From positions 1,216,001 through 1,280,000 of the forward strand of contig CAWJDT010000001.1 in NCBI GenBank assembly GCA_963841735.1: a stretch of 64,000 nucleotides of DNA, given 5' to 3'. A model generated the notes under the pieces. It did not search any database, had not been told where the DNA came from, and was given only the letters and a program-made list of their open reading frames with translations. Positions 62,566 through 64,000 of this stretch are shown here, piece by piece; the stretch's first letter is position 1, and each line of letters starts with the position of its first letter. Source of the stretch: an uncultured Actinomycetes bacterium. Its GTDB lineage: Bacteria > Actinomycetota > Thermoleophilia > RBG-16-64-13. The position numbers and the translations under genes are program-made.

Positions 62566-64000
62566 ATGAGTATCAGCCAAGTCGGCCCCCCGAGGGTCTG
62601 TTCCAGTGCCCGATCGCGATGTTTGCTGCCCTTGTCGGTGGCCACGGTGGTGCTGGCAGCTGTCGTTGTTTTGCTCGTAGCGCTTGGTTCCCCGGCTTTT
62701 GCCGCATCCGACTTGGGTGACATCACGTCGGATGCGGTGCCAACGTGTGCCGAGACGGTCAACACCGCCGTCAACCTAGTGCACACCATCTCGTTTGCCC
62801 AGCCGGCAGAACACGTAGCTGTTTACTGGCTCGGCAACGAGGATGCCGACGTAACTCTGGCTTTCTCCTCGGACGGAACGAATTTCAGCGACCCCATCGG
62901 CGCGGGCCGCGACGACATGGGAGAGCCGCTCCAAAACGGCATGACATACGGTGCGGTGCTGCCCGCGCATGATGCGAAGCTGGTGCGGATCACCAGTGAT
63001 CGCCCGCTCCTCCAAGTCACGGTGCTGGGGATGTCCGACGCGACTGCGATCGCGCTCATGCCGGATATCGCGCATTCCTCGGTATCCGGTTCCGCGGTTG
63101 TCTACGCGGTCACCGATCAACCAACGGTGATCACGCGCGCCCAGTGGGGCGCCAACCCCGATTACATGACCTGGGATCCGGAGTTCTATCAGACTCGAAA
63201 GGTGATCGTGCACCACACGGCGACGCCCAACGACTATGCCGACAAGGCGGCCGCCGAGAGTCGCATCCGCTCCATTTACTACTACCACGCGGTCACGATG
63301 AATTGGGGTGACATCGGCTACAACTTCCTGATCGACAAGTTCGGCAACGTGTACGAGGGGCGCTACTCCCGCGACTACGGCGGGACCAGCCCGACCGGTG
63401 ACGGTCCGGTCAGTCCCTGGTCGGTCCCCGCCAGCGCGAGTTTCCCTGATGGCGTCACCGGGGACTTCGGCGGCGTCACCGGTGGTCACACCTATGGCTG
63501 GAATTCGGGGACGATGGGTGTGGCGATGTTGGGCACCTATACAGATACCGATATCACCCCGCAGGCCCGAGCCGCGCTCGTGGCCCTCTTGGCCTGGGAG
63601 GCGAAACGCAACGGCATCGAGCCGCTGCAGACTGAGCTTTTCACCAACCCGGTGGAGGGCACTACCATCACCGCTCCGAATATCGGCGGGCACCTGCTCT
63701 ATGGGGCGGTCAACGGCCACCCGACCGCGTGCCCCGGGGCCAAGCTCAACAGCGCCCTGCAGAGTATTCGCAACGACGTTTCGGCTCTAGTAGCTCCCGC
63801 GCCGGCCACTGTCACGGCTCTGAGTCCGGCTTTCGGCCCGGCTACCGGAGGCACACTGGTCACCATCACCGGCACCGATTTTGTCGGCATGGACGGGCCG
63901 GCGCTCGACCCGGGCGCCGTCACCTTCGGCGGCGTGAATGCCACCACCTACACCGTGGATTCCGCTACCCGGATCACCGCCACTGCCCCAGCGCACGCGG
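62566..64000 (+). CDS. Secreted N-acetylmuramoyl-L-alanine amidase (Amidase_2/PGRP-like) with an IPT/TIG domain (runs off the window)
   Basis: Manual translation: signal peptide, ITRAQWGA, IVHHTA, WGDIGYNFLID, GGHT, TACPG, then VTALSP..GP.TGGT.VTITG. Confidence 0.9.
   Translation, partial: MSISQVGPPRVCSSARSRCLLPLSVATVVLAAVVVLLVALGSPAFAASDLGDITSDAVPTCAETVNTAVNLVHTISFAQPAEHVAVYWLGNEDADVTLAFSSDGTNFSDPIGAGRDDMGEPLQNGMTYGAVLPAHDAKLVRITSDRPLLQVTVLGMSDATAIALMPDIAHSSVSGSAVVYAVTDQPTVITRAQWGANPDYMTWDPEFYQTRKVIVHHTATPNDYADKAAAESRIRSIYYYHAVTMNWGDIGYNFLIDKFGNVYEGRYSRDYGGTSPTGDGPVSPWSVPASASFPDGVTGDFGGVTGGHTYGWNSGTMGVAMLGTYTDTDITPQARAALVALLAWEAKRNGIEPLQTELFTNPVEGTTITAPNIGGHLLYGAVNGHPTACPGAKLNSALQSIRNDVSALVAPAPATVTALSPAFGPATGGTLVTITGTDFVGMDGPALDPGAVTFGGVNATTYTVDSATRITATAPAHA

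Overview
High-GC bacterial DNA, probably from an anaerobic actinobacterium of the Thermoleophilia type (inferred from gene content and style only). Several single-base frameshifts in conserved genes suggest an incompletely polished long-read assembly. (1) 3.0-21.9 kb is a large [FeFe]-hydrogenase locus. It encodes two HydABC-type enzymes: one with bifurcating-type signatures whose HydB is fused to a GltD/NfnL-like domain, and one short non-bifurcating type. Between them lies a phosphorelay built on a hydrogenase-like sensor kinase. Upstream is a regulatory block (Rex-DRTGG fusion, Ser/Thr kinase-hydrogenase-like fusion, DRTGG, PHP, HATPase) with tandem Rex boxes, facing a TM1266-like gene and an ABC importer. 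(2) 24.8-30 kb holds housekeeping genes (Tag-like glycosylase, thiolase, NifU-like, NlpC/P60) up to an initiator tRNA-Met. (3) Downstream of the tRNA is an accessory region: a ~95 bp duplicated tRNA 3' end plus flank, an IS21 remnant, GNAT, an LRR lipoprotein, a TIR-TM-beta-propeller / RyR / SLATT module, MFS, a 7TM hybrid kinase, a baeRF-HPF ribosome hibernation pair, and a sugar-phosphate/ion-pump cluster (pgm, copB, HAD-GH65, xfp, rpiB, tal, P3A H+-ATPase). Several translationally coupled micro-ORFs look like in-frame deletion scars. All domain calls come from motifs read by eye; no searches were run.
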